42,654 nucleotides of DNA from Acinetobacter phage vB_AbaP_Acibel007. The stretch lies in the sequence record KJ473423.1; one strand, given 5' to 3'. Both the position numbers and the translations under genes were made by a program. The notes beneath the pieces are model-generated. The model was not told the DNA's origin. It ran no database searches and saw nothing but the letters and a program-made list of their open reading frames with translations. Below are positions 1-7,147 of this stretch, piece by piece; within the stretch, counting starts at the first letter, position 1; every line of letters begins with the position of its first letter.

Positions 1-12
1 GATTGAGATATG

Positions 13-152
13 ATTGGAAGTGATTGGAGTATCTGATTGGTGAGTATAATGTCAAAAGCTAATTTTGTCTAATATTTCTGAGAGGGTGTCTCCCACTTCC
101 TCGCCCTCGACTTCCCCATAGCACTCATACGTAATCATTTCTTATGGATTGG
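13..152. repeat. Cluster of short TGATTGG / GATTGG direct repeats at the extreme left end
   Basis: TGATTGG occurs at 11-17, 21-27 and 34-40, spaced 10 and 13 bp. Variants sit at 1-7 (GATTGAG) and 146-152 (GGATTGG). No ORF support. The position is like the short-repeat arrays next to the terminal repeats of T7-like genomes. Confidence 0.5.
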
Positions 153-390
153 AATATCTGAGTGCTTATACCTTATCTTATACTGAGTCTTTGAGTCTTC
201 GACTCGTATCATTCATTGATACTCTTTGGTATGTCGCTCATTGTATAGATAGTTTGATAGAGTGTCAACATACTTATTCAACTATTTATCTATTCATTGA
301 TTCGATTCTTATATCCTTGTATAGATTAGAGTGCTTGCCTTTTATGTCTTAACTCTTATGCCTTTTTATGTGTTCATAGGTATATGCCTA

Positions 391-471
391 GATATACAGA
401 TAGTTTTATTGATAGCGATGTAGATAGCTATAAGATAGTTATTAGATAGAGATACTTATAGATATAGATAG
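391..471. repeat. Phased array of (A)GATAG repeats with ~11-12 bp periodicity
   Basis: GATAG starts at 399, 411, 423, 434, 445 and 467, with GATAC/GATAT variants at 451 and 461. That is about one repeat per helical turn in a non-coding AT-rich region. The same AGATAG word occurs twice inside the conserved 25-bp element at 11545 and 22503. Confidence 0.55.
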
Positions 472-519
472 TATTTATTTTATCTATTTATACTCTTTGG
501 TCTTCTCTTTATTCTTTAT

Positions 520-538
520 TCTTATACGTCTATCTTCT
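520..538 (-). promoter_or_regulatory. Inverted copy (19-bp core) of the conserved 25-bp AGAAGATAGACGTATAAGA element
   Basis: The + strand reads TCTTATACGTCTATCTTCT. This is the exact reverse complement of AGAAGATAGACGTATAAGA, which is found at 11548-11566 and 22506-22524. Confidence 0.5.
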
Positions 539-696
539 GATTTTCCTTAATGAATACAATAACTTATCTGATTAGAAACACGAATAAATTGATACTTTAT
601 TAACAATAGATAACATAAGCATAAGTATATAAATCAATAACTTAATAGAATTACTGTAAAGTTATGTAATAATTATAAGATTCTTTAAATAGAGTG

Positions 697-724
697 TTGA
701 CATAGTTTTTAAACTGTATATTAT
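697..724 (+). promoter_or_regulatory. Early sigma70-type promoter P1 (TTGACA-N16-TATTAT)
   Basis: The -35 hexamer TTGACA is at 697-702 and the -10 TATTAT at 719-724, 16 bp apart. The context gtGTTGACA is shared with two downstream promoters. This is analogous to the tandem A1/A2/A3 early promoters of T7. Confidence 0.6.
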
Positions 725-949
725 GACAACCATACCAAGCAAACAACGCAAGGTACTAGATAGGGATGACCTACTAGATATTCATTAACTTAATTAGATT
801 GATTGCTTAGTTTAAAGACTATGAAATGTATAGGATAGAGATAACAAGCCTACGGGTAGCCACTCTATACGGTCTTCGAAAGGTGTACCGTGGTATAAAC
901 AGCCTCCGATCAATCGAACAAGATAATGAATAATTATTTAAAAGAATGG

Positions 950-978
950 TTGACAACTTAAATCAATAGGTTTAAAGT
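950..978 (+). promoter_or_regulatory. Early sigma70-type promoter P2 (TTGACA-N17-TAAAGT)
   Basis: A perfect -35 TTGACA lies at 950-955 in gGTTGACAac context. The -10-like TAAAGT (4/6) is at 973-978. Confidence 0.45.
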
Positions 979-1059
979 TCACACTATCAAGGCATTGAGC
1001 TAGAGTTAGATCACATTAGTTGATTGATACCAAGCGATAAAATAAATTGAAATAAAGTG

Positions 1060-1088
1060 TTGACAACAAAATCAGATATGATTAAGAT
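1060..1088 (+). promoter_or_regulatory. Early sigma70-type promoter P3 (TTGACA-N17-TAAGAT)
   Basis: A perfect -35 TTGACA lies at 1060-1065 in gtGTTGACAac context. The -10-like TAAGAT (4/6) is at 1083-1088. Confidence 0.45.
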
Positions 1089-1323
1089 GCCAACCATAGC
1101 GAGTTAGCTAGACAGTAGTTGAGATGTGATGCTTTAATCGGTTGACTATCAAGACTCTGAAAGGTTACTCACTACCATGTAGACGATACATGGGTATTCA
1201 TTAACAGATTACTAATTAAATCCTTATAGGTGAAGCCTAGACCACAATACTTTTGTATGTGTGCAATGTGGTAGGTAATAGGATAAGCCATTGAGGTTGA
1301 AGTGTTATAGGTAGGCTGTGAGG

Positions 1324-1335
1324 CTGTACTCACAG
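1324..1335 (+). promoter_or_regulatory. CTGTACTCACAG motif, copy 1 (candidate phage-specific promoter or processing site)
   Basis: This is an exact 11-mer CTGTACTCACA plus R. The word recurs at 4248, 14525, 22016 and 28798, with near copies at 9877 and 24178. This copy sits in the early leader upstream of the first gene. Confidence 0.4.
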
Positions 1336-1448
1336 TTAATTCCAATACATAACACGTAAAGCTATGATAAGGTTAATGAGTTTATATTTAGCTAGGTTGG
1401 GTTGAATGCTATGCACATCGACCTAGCACTAATATAATCTTGAAGACT

Positions 1449-1550
1449 GACACAAGGTATTAGCAACAAGGCATGGGATGATGACAGCACTCGTAAGGTG
1501 TTTCCTAGCTAACGGATAATCTGATACCGCATGAGGTGATACCTTGTGTC
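1449..1550 (+). other. 12-bp perfect inverted repeat (GACACAAGGTAT / ATACCTTGTGTC) enclosing a 78-nt loop in the early leader
   Basis: Bases 1449-1460 are the exact reverse complement of 1539-1550. The structure ends 33 nt upstream of the first start codon at 1584. It is a candidate RNase III-type processing or regulatory structure, like R0.3 of T7. Confidence 0.4.
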
Positions 1551-1583
1551 AATGTTCAACCAACCAACTAACATAGGTGTATT

Positions 1584-2102
1584 ATGAAACTGTTATTAAC
1601 TACAACTGAAATCAACAAAGCAATCGAATCTATCGAACGTCGTGGTAAACAATTGGATACTGATATCCATGTGGCAGGTGTGTCAGTGTTAAAGCATGTC
1701 GCTGAACATGGCGATACAACTTTGCTTGATAAGCTTGTAGGTGCTATGCCTAAAGGTAGCCGTAAGTCTGCGTTCTGTGAGTGGGCTTTGGCTTATGGTA
1801 ATGTCCGTATGCTTGACCGTGCTAACGACGCTGATAAACCTGCTATCGAACAAGGTCGCTTGTTTGCTAAGGATAAGTCTAAAGAGTTCAATGAGGTTGA
1901 AGCTATTGCTAACAAGTGGTATGACTTCAAGCCTGAAGCTGATTTGTTGATTACCTTTGATGCTGCTGCTATGGTTGCATCCATGATGAAGCGTTTATCT
2001 AAAGCACAAAAGCAAGGTGCTGAAGTAACTGGGCATGGTGATGCACTTAAACAATTACGTGCTTTGATGCAACAACTTGAAACTCAAACTGAAGAACTTT
2101 AA
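1584..2102 (+). CDS. Hypothetical early protein (172 aa), first gene after the early promoters
   Basis: ATG start with a taGGTG SD. It holds the position of the first early (class I) gene of T7-like phages. No motif is recognised. Confidence 0.6.
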   Translation: MKLLLTTTEINKAIESIERRGKQLDTDIHVAGVSVLKHVAEHGDTTLLDKLVGAMPKGSRKSAFCEWALAYGNVRMLDRANDADKPAIEQGRLFAKDKSKEFNEVEAIANKWYDFKPEADLLITFDAAAMVASMMKRLSKAQKQGAEVTGHGDALKQLRALMQQLETQTEEL

Positions 2103-2118
2103 TCTGTAGGTGTATGCC

Positions 2119-2328
2119 ATGATTACTATAACTGAGAATTACCGTGTTAAGCATGATGTGAATGGTGTTATTGAATATGCACAGTGTCGTGTTACTGGTC
2201 GCTTTGTTAAGCATGTCGTGGCATACACTGAATTGAAGTGTTCTTCTGTACTCACAACTGCTATTGCACTTGCTATCTGTGTCAGTGCATGGGTAGTGTC
2301 ATTGTTATATATCTTTCTAAATAAATAG
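2119..2328 (+). CDS. Small early protein with C-terminal hydrophobic segment (69 aa from ATG 2119; GTG 2110 possible)
   Basis: The ORF-track start at 2110 is GTG. An in-frame ATG at 2119 has AGGTG 7 nt upstream. The C-terminus LTTAIALAICVSAWVVSLLYIF is a predicted TM helix. Confidence 0.5.
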   Translation: MITITENYRVKHDVNGVIEYAQCRVTGRFVKHVVAYTELKCSSVLTTAIALAICVSAWVVSLLYIFLNK

Positions 2329-2335
2329 GTGAAGT

Positions 2336-2836
2336 ATGTTAAACGTACCTAAAACAAATCCGAATGTAACTGTAACTTTAAACATCGGCTTAGCTGCGTC
2401 GCTGAACTGGGGTGGATATAAAGCTCAAGAGGCTAACCACGGTACAGTACAGACGCTTGTAGATGTACTCGATGCACCTCATCGTATCGCTCGTATCATT
2501 GAAGATGTACGTGATCTTGCGTATAACCCTAACGGTCAGGCGTTCTATCAGCAATGTCAGCCGTATGGTATTGATTACGGACACGATAACCGTGAAGTAA
2601 AGTACAAGGTGGTACAGTCGGGAACTGAAGCGACGTTGGTTGTACAATTTGAGGCTACAGCCCGTGACATCATTGGTCAGGTGTTTGCACTTGCTGAGAA
2701 ATATAAACAAGACTGTATCGCTGTATGGATTCACAATGATGTGAACGGTGGTATCGGTCAATTAATTGGACGTTATAACTATGTGTGGTCAGGTGGTTAC
2801 TTCAATCCCGAATACTTCATTCACTTGGAGCGTTAA
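2336..2836 (+). CDS. Hypothetical early protein (166 aa)
   Basis: ATG with an AGGTGAAG SD. It is tightly packed against its neighbours. Confidence 0.55.
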   Translation: MLNVPKTNPNVTVTLNIGLAASLNWGGYKAQEANHGTVQTLVDVLDAPHRIARIIEDVRDLAYNPNGQAFYQQCQPYGIDYGHDNREVKYKVVQSGTEATLVVQFEATARDIIGQVFALAEKYKQDCIAVWIHNDVNGGIGQLIGRYNYVWSGGYFNPEYFIHLER

Positions 2837-2929
2837 ATGCCTTACGTCATACCTGTAATTATTATATTCCAAGTGGGTTACTGGCTTGGATTCTACTGTG
2901 CAAAATTCCTTTAATAAGTGAGAAATAAT

Positions 2930-3586
2930 ATGTTTGGTTTATCTATCGTTAAAACTGCTGACCTTAACAACTTAAAAGCACGTGTAGCTGATCTTGAAAC
3001 CGATGTAGACGGTGCATTGGATAAGGTGGCTGCTTTAGACCGCAAGTATAATGGTTTGATTGATCAAGTACAACGTAACGATAAGGCTGTACGTGTTCAA
3101 CTGGATGCACTTGCAAAGCCTACAGTATGTCCGTTGTTAACTGCTGTACCTAAGCATGTAACCGACCCTGTAGGTGCATGGGAAAGTAAACAACGTGTGT
3201 TGGAAGCCCATTTGAAAAGTGCGGAGTCTGACGTGTCTGTATTCCAAAAGCAAATGGGCTTTTGGGTAGGTGCAGACATCACGCAATTAAAGTTCTACCA
3301 AGAGTTAGTGCGTAAAGCTAAGGCTAATGTTGAGCGTATTAAACAAGAGTTGTATGAACATCTAACACGTAAACCAATCATTGTGCAGTTAGCACCACCT
3401 AGTGAAACGGCTGTATTTGTACGTCATAAGAAGTACGGTACTTTAGGTCTATTGAAAGGGCATAACATTACTATCCTGAGCACAGGTAACCTGCTAGATG
3501 TAGGTGACGTAATAAATGCCCCACCTGCTGTAGTCCATAAGTTTTGGAATATTGAACTACGTGACTCGGTGAAGTTAAGTGTTTGA
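2930..3586 (+). CDS. Hypothetical early protein with N-terminal coiled-coil (218 aa from ATG 2930; track start 2918 is GTG)
   Basis: The N-terminus (ADLNNLKARVADLETDVDGALDKVAALDRKYNGLIDQVQRND) is heptad-like. Confidence 0.55.
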   Translation: MFGLSIVKTADLNNLKARVADLETDVDGALDKVAALDRKYNGLIDQVQRNDKAVRVQLDALAKPTVCPLLTAVPKHVTDPVGAWESKQRVLEAHLKSAESDVSVFQKQMGFWVGADITQLKFYQELVRKAKANVERIKQELYEHLTRKPIIVQLAPPSETAVFVRHKKYGTLGLLKGHNITILSTGNLLDVGDVINAPPAVVHKFWNIELRDSVKLSV

Positions 3587-3743
3587 TCGTTTCCATGAGG
3601 ATGGTGAGATCATCCACGAACCTGTGTACCTATGTAATGACTGTGGTGAGGAATCTCCACATTCTGAACTATTCCATATCTGTTGTTCTGAGTGTGATGC
3701 ACTCTGCCCATATTGTGAGTCTGATGACTTGGAGGAATTATAA
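3579..3743 (+). CDS. Putative small zinc-ribbon protein (54 aa, GTG start, three CxxC pairs)
   Basis: This is the only open frame filling an otherwise empty 156-nt gap. The translation ...VYLCNDCGEE...HICCSECDALCPYCESDD... contains three CxxC pairs. GGTGA lies 7 nt upstream of GTG 3579. The stop TAA at 3741-3743 overlaps ATG 3743 of the next gene (TAATG coupling). No in-frame ATG is present. Confidence 0.35.
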   Translation: MFDRFHEDGEIIHEPVYLCNDCGEESPHSELFHICCSECDALCPYCESDDLEEL

Positions 3744-4000
3744 TGGCTAAATCCAAATTAGCTCGACGTGTCCGTAAGATTCGTAACTTAAAAGGTAAGG
3801 CGTACTGTGTACCTGTAGTAAATAAACTACACTGTGAAGCATTATTAAAAGCTTTTAAAGTAGCCCGTAGTAAATTAGATCGTAGCAAATATTGGCTTAC
3901 TTGGCGAAGTGATAAAGAGTTTATCTTAGTACATAACTCGTCTGTAGACAGTGTTGGTGTATATAATCATAATGGAGGTTTCCCATGCGTGAAGCTATAA
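3743..4000 (+). CDS. Hypothetical small basic protein (85 aa)
   Basis: ATG preceded by GGAGG. It is Lys/Arg-rich (MAKSKLARRVRKIRNLKGK...). Confidence 0.55.
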   Translation: MAKSKLARRVRKIRNLKGKAYCVPVVNKLHCEALLKAFKVARSKLDRSKYWLTWRSDKEFILVHNSSVDSVGVYNHNGGFPCVKL

Positions 4001-4104
4001 CCCGTTTAACAAAGATTACACTGTACACTGCTGCATACTATTCGATTGGTGCTGTAGCTTGGCTGTGTGACCATGAAGCCAGTAAAGAGGAACATCACTT
4101 ATGA
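3985..4104 (+). CDS. Putative 39-aa membrane peptide
   Basis: ATG 3985 has GGAGG 7 nt upstream. Translation: MREAITRLTKITLYTAAYYSIGAVAWLCDHEASKEEHHL, with a hydrophobic core. The start overlaps the end of the previous gene. Confidence 0.3.
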   Translation: MREAITRLTKITLYTAAYYSIGAVAWLCDHEASKEEHHL

Positions 4105-4247
4105 AACCATATCAACCAATATTAGGTAGCCTAATACGTTGCCCTAACTGTAAGAAAGTTTATACCTCTTGTCGTTGTCTTTGGTAGTATGTTTATAGCT
4201 ACATTCTAAGGGATGTAGCCGTTAAGCATGTTGCTTAGGTCGTGAGT

Positions 4248-4259
4248 CTGTACTCACAA
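4248..4259 (+). promoter_or_regulatory. CTGTACTCACAA motif, copy 2, intergenic, 45 nt upstream of the kinase start codon
   Basis: Exact CTGTACTCACA core. It is preceded by gtcgtgagt, which resembles copy 1's ctgtgagg. Confidence 0.45.
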
Positions 4260-4292
4260 TTATATTTCGCATTTAATAAATGTAGGTGACTT

Positions 4293-5048
4293 ATGAAAGT
4301 GTTACATCCATCTTTGAATACATATACAACTCTTAAAGTTGATAGCCCTTTGTCTCGTAAATCTACGAAGTTTCTAGTATCACCTGAATTTGGCAGTACT
4401 GAATTACTTCCGCTAGTAGCTGAGGTTCTTAAAGGTTTCACACCCTATACTAATGGTTTGGGTTACTACTGGGAAGAAGATGAAGTAGCTATGGAATACC
4501 TTGGTTCAGGTTGTTTCTCAAGTGTCTTCAAACATCCTAATCGTACTGATCGAGCTATCAAATTATTCCGTAACTACCGTGAAGATAGTACCTGTTATCA
4601 GTACCTACGTTTGTGTGCAAACAAGACTATTGATTACGAATGGTGTCCTACTGTGCATAGTTTAGGGCGTATCAAGGTGATCAGTTATAACTCGAAGCAA
4701 GGTCATTGGGAAACCCGTGATTGTGCTTACGCTGAATTGGACTTACTACCTTACAACTGTAATGATAGTGCTGTTTATATGGACGATTGGTATGCTGAGT
4801 TCCGTGATGACGTTAAGGATGTATACTTCCCGTTTGGCGATATGGATTTGAAACCCGATAATGTTCTAGGTAAGGTCAACGATGAGGGTATATGTCAATA
4901 CTTTATCACTGACCCAATATGGAACTCTGAGCCTGAGCACTACGAACCCATCCCTGAACCATTAAAGGAACTGTATGTGTATCCTAAAACGAATGGTACT
5001 TTCATAAACAACCTACGGGAGAGCATTAAACATGGTCGTGTATGGTAA
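4293..5048 (+). CDS. Ser/Thr protein kinase (Hanks-type), early gene
   Basis: Glycine loop LGSGCFSSV (aa 70-78). Lys in RAIKL (aa ~90). Catalytic loop DMDLKPDNVL (HRDLKPxN-like) about 115 aa later. The position matches the early protein kinase (gp0.7) of T7-like phages. Confidence 0.7.
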   Translation: MKVLHPSLNTYTTLKVDSPLSRKSTKFLVSPEFGSTELLPLVAEVLKGFTPYTNGLGYYWEEDEVAMEYLGSGCFSSVFKHPNRTDRAIKLFRNYREDSTCYQYLRLCANKTIDYEWCPTVHSLGRIKVISYNSKQGHWETRDCAYAELDLLPYNCNDSAVYMDDWYAEFRDDVKDVYFPFGDMDLKPDNVLGKVNDEGICQYFITDPIWNSEPEHYEPIPEPLKELYVYPKTNGTFINNLRESIKHGRVW

Positions 5049-5343
5049 TATTGTAAAAGGTGGTGCTACTGTTCAAGATAGTATCTACCGTGGTATGAGT
5101 GCTATGTTTGTGCATGGCTTACGTTCTGTGCATGACTTAGGTGACGCTGTGTACTTTGAGTCTGATGTTAACGCTACACATCGTCAGCTTAAAGGTTTGG
5201 CTACTATGTCAACGTTGCAGTTAATTGCACCTTACTCTGAAATTAAACGCCCTACTAGCAATGATACTCGCATGACTCCTGATGAAGTCAAAGCTATCAT
5301 TGCTGTATGTGCTAACCCTATTTCTTCAACTGTTCAATCATAA
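5032..5343 (+). CDS. Hypothetical protein (103 aa)
   Basis: ATG with GGGAGAG 8 nt upstream. The start overlaps the kinase 3' end by 17 nt. Confidence 0.5.
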   Translation: MVVYGNIVKGGATVQDSIYRGMSAMFVHGLRSVHDLGDAVYFESDVNATHRQLKGLATMSTLQLIAPYSEIKRPTSNDTRMTPDEVKAIIAVCANPISSTVQS

Positions 5344-5353
5344 GGAGACTATT

Positions 5354-5473
5354 ATGTCTAACTCTATCCGTATCGGTCGCTTAACACTTAACATGGGTAA
5401 TGTAACTGTAGGTGTTACCCGTCACCAATTATCATTGTTCATGCAGTACAGTGCATATCAATCTAAGTTCTAA
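5354..5473 (+). CDS. Small hypothetical protein (39 aa)
   Basis: ATG 5354 is preceded by AAGGAG. The longer track ORF (5282) lacks an SD and overlaps the previous gene. Confidence 0.4.
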   Translation: MSNSIRIGRLTLNMGNVTVGVTRHQLSLFMQYSAYQSKF

Positions 5474-5542
5474 GGCTTAAATATAGCAGCACTTCGATGA
5501 GGTGCTGTTAGTATTTAATCACAGAACGTAAGGAGTTCTATC

Positions 5543-6076
5543 ATGACTAAACTTAAACAACAATTCGAAGTAGCAGGTATCGTAGGTCGCCCTGAACGTA
5601 AAGGTTGGAACTTCAAAGCTCAGAAGTCTTACCAACGTGGTCGCTTTGATAACTTAAAACCTCGTATCGGTTTCGTGTATAACCATAAGGTAGAGCAGGT
5701 TGCTCGTGCTATTGCATTCGGTTTAGAACAACAGTTAACTTACTGTCAACTTGATAACATGCACAACCAACCACCTGAAGTACCTGTATGTATTGGTAAG
5801 CTTAAAGGTAATGGTGCTACGTTGTTCCCTGATGCTAACACACGCCTCGCTATGATGGGTTTAAATGGTACTGCTGTATTACACTGGTTAGGTGCAATGC
5901 GTGTAGTAGACGAGCTATCAGGGCAACGTGGTGAGGTTATTGTAAACGATGGTACTTACATTTACACCTCTGTTGGTGTACTGCTTAACTTGGCTCAGGA
6001 TTGTGTTAAGTCTCCTGAAGCTATCCTTAACAACTACAAAGGAAGTCAACGTGTCCGTAAAGCAAAACAAATCTGA
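5543..6076 (+). CDS. Hypothetical protein (177 aa)
   Basis: ATG with a TAAGGAG SD. Confidence 0.6.
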   Translation: MTKLKQQFEVAGIVGRPERKGWNFKAQKSYQRGRFDNLKPRIGFVYNHKVEQVARAIAFGLEQQLTYCQLDNMHNQPPEVPVCIGKLKGNGATLFPDANTRLAMMGLNGTAVLHWLGAMRVVDELSGQRGEVIVNDGTYIYTSVGVLLNLAQDCVKSPEAILNNYKGSQRVRKAKQI

Positions 6077-6077
6077 T

Positions 6078-6266
6078 ATGTTTAGTATGGGTATGCGAGT
6101 CATCGTAACCAAGCCCACACAGGCTGATATCAAAGAGGGTATCAAAGGCGACATGATTGGTCATGTTGATCAAGTCACACCCTCGTTCATTCATGTAGCG
6201 TTTGAATCTAGTAATGGGCGACGTTATGTTTATCCTTTCTTTCCACATCAAATCCGTCCATTCTAA
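6078..6266 (+). CDS. Small hypothetical protein (62 aa, start uncertain)
   Basis: The first ATG follows the upstream stop. The track ORF from 5949 overlaps the previous gene and is unlikely. Confidence 0.35.
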   Translation: MFSMGMRVIVTKPTQADIKEGIKGDMIGHVDQVTPSFIHVAFESSNGRRYVYPFFPHQIRPF

Positions 6267-6276
6267 GGGGAATTAC

Positions 6277-6729
6277 ATGCAACATCTAAACGCTTTTATT
6301 AAGACACACTCACCTCAACAAGTCCGTGCTGTAGTTGATGAAGCTCAACGCTTAGGGTATACACCATACTATAAACCTAACTACAAATATGTAGAGGCTG
6401 TACTGTTCCATAGTGATGGTGGTTTATCCCTAAAGGTGTATCACACTGAAGAACACTCTGAATGGTTAGTTAGTCGTGGTTATCGCCACATCAAACAGAC
6501 TCGTCAAATCCGTCGTGATCTATGTGGTGGGACTTACTCACAGGATGGTCAGGCTGTACTCGACGTTGTAAATAAGGGTTATGTACCTAAGACCATTAAC
6601 GTACAGCCGTACAAATGGATTAAACCTACAGCTTATAATCCAATTATTAATTGGTTCGCTGAGAAGTTTATCAGTGCTTATGCTGTAGTGCGTAAGGTAG
6701 CTGTTGCATTCATTAACCACATCAAATAA
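6277..6729 (+). CDS. Hypothetical protein (150 aa)
   Basis: ATG 6277 with an AAGGGG SD. The longer track ORF would overlap the upstream gene. Confidence 0.55.
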   Translation: MQHLNAFIKTHSPQQVRAVVDEAQRLGYTPYYKPNYKYVEAVLFHSDGGLSLKVYHTEEHSEWLVSRGYRHIKQTRQIRRDLCGGTYSQDGQAVLDVVNKGYVPKTINVQPYKWIKPTAYNPIINWFAEKFISAYAVVRKVAVAFINHIK

Positions 6730-6740
6730 GGAGCTGTACC

Positions 6741-6884
6741 GTGGCTAAGCGTAAAGAAATTGTTAAGGGACTTACACCTCAAGAAGAACGCAAACTCTTG
6801 CAGTTAGAACGTCGTGAGGCTGATATGGAACGTCAGCAAGATCGTCGCTCTAAGCGTCAGGATAAGCGTAAGCAGTTCTACTAA
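6741..6884 (+). CDS. Putative 47-aa highly basic peptide (GTG start)
   Basis: AAGGAG sits 7 nt upstream of GTG 6741. The translation is rich in Arg, Lys and Glu (…RREADMERQQDRRSKRQDKRKQFY). The stop overlaps ATG 6884 (TAATG). Confidence 0.35.
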   Translation: MAKRKEIVKGLTPQEERKLLQLERREADMERQQDRRSKRQDKRKQFY

Positions 6885-7147
6885 TGGGTAGGTCTTACAA
6901 GATCAAGATTAAGTCCATACAGCATTACCGTCGCTGTGTGGATAGCTTGAAAGAGGTAGGTGTACAATTCTGCTCTAATGATGAAGATGAGTTGAAGATG
7001 CTACGCTGTAAAGATTACCGACGTAAGGCGTGGTTGTATATAGGAAGCAACAAGGTTGCATGGGTATTCGGAGCATACAGCGTGGTTAAGTACGCTAAGA
7101 CGGTTAAGCGTAAGGAAGCAATGGAGCTAATTGGAGATGCACCATAG
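6884..7147 (+). CDS. Hypothetical protein (87 aa)
   Basis: ATG translationally coupled to the upstream ORF. Confidence 0.5.
   Translation: MGRSYKIKIKSIQHYRRCVDSLKEVGVQFCSNDEDELKMLRCKDYRRKAWLYIGSNKVAWVFGAYSVVKYAKTVKRKEAMELIGDAP

Noticed and set aside
149-352. 67-aa ORF in the left-end non-coding region
   Set aside because: It lies upstream of all identified promoters, has no SD, and its translation is low-complexity and AT-driven. The region is better explained as a repeat-rich regulatory genome end.
1142-1170. Fourth sigma70-like promoter (TTGACT at 1142)
   Set aside because: There is no acceptable -10 hexamer at 16-18 bp spacing (TTACTC/TACTCA).
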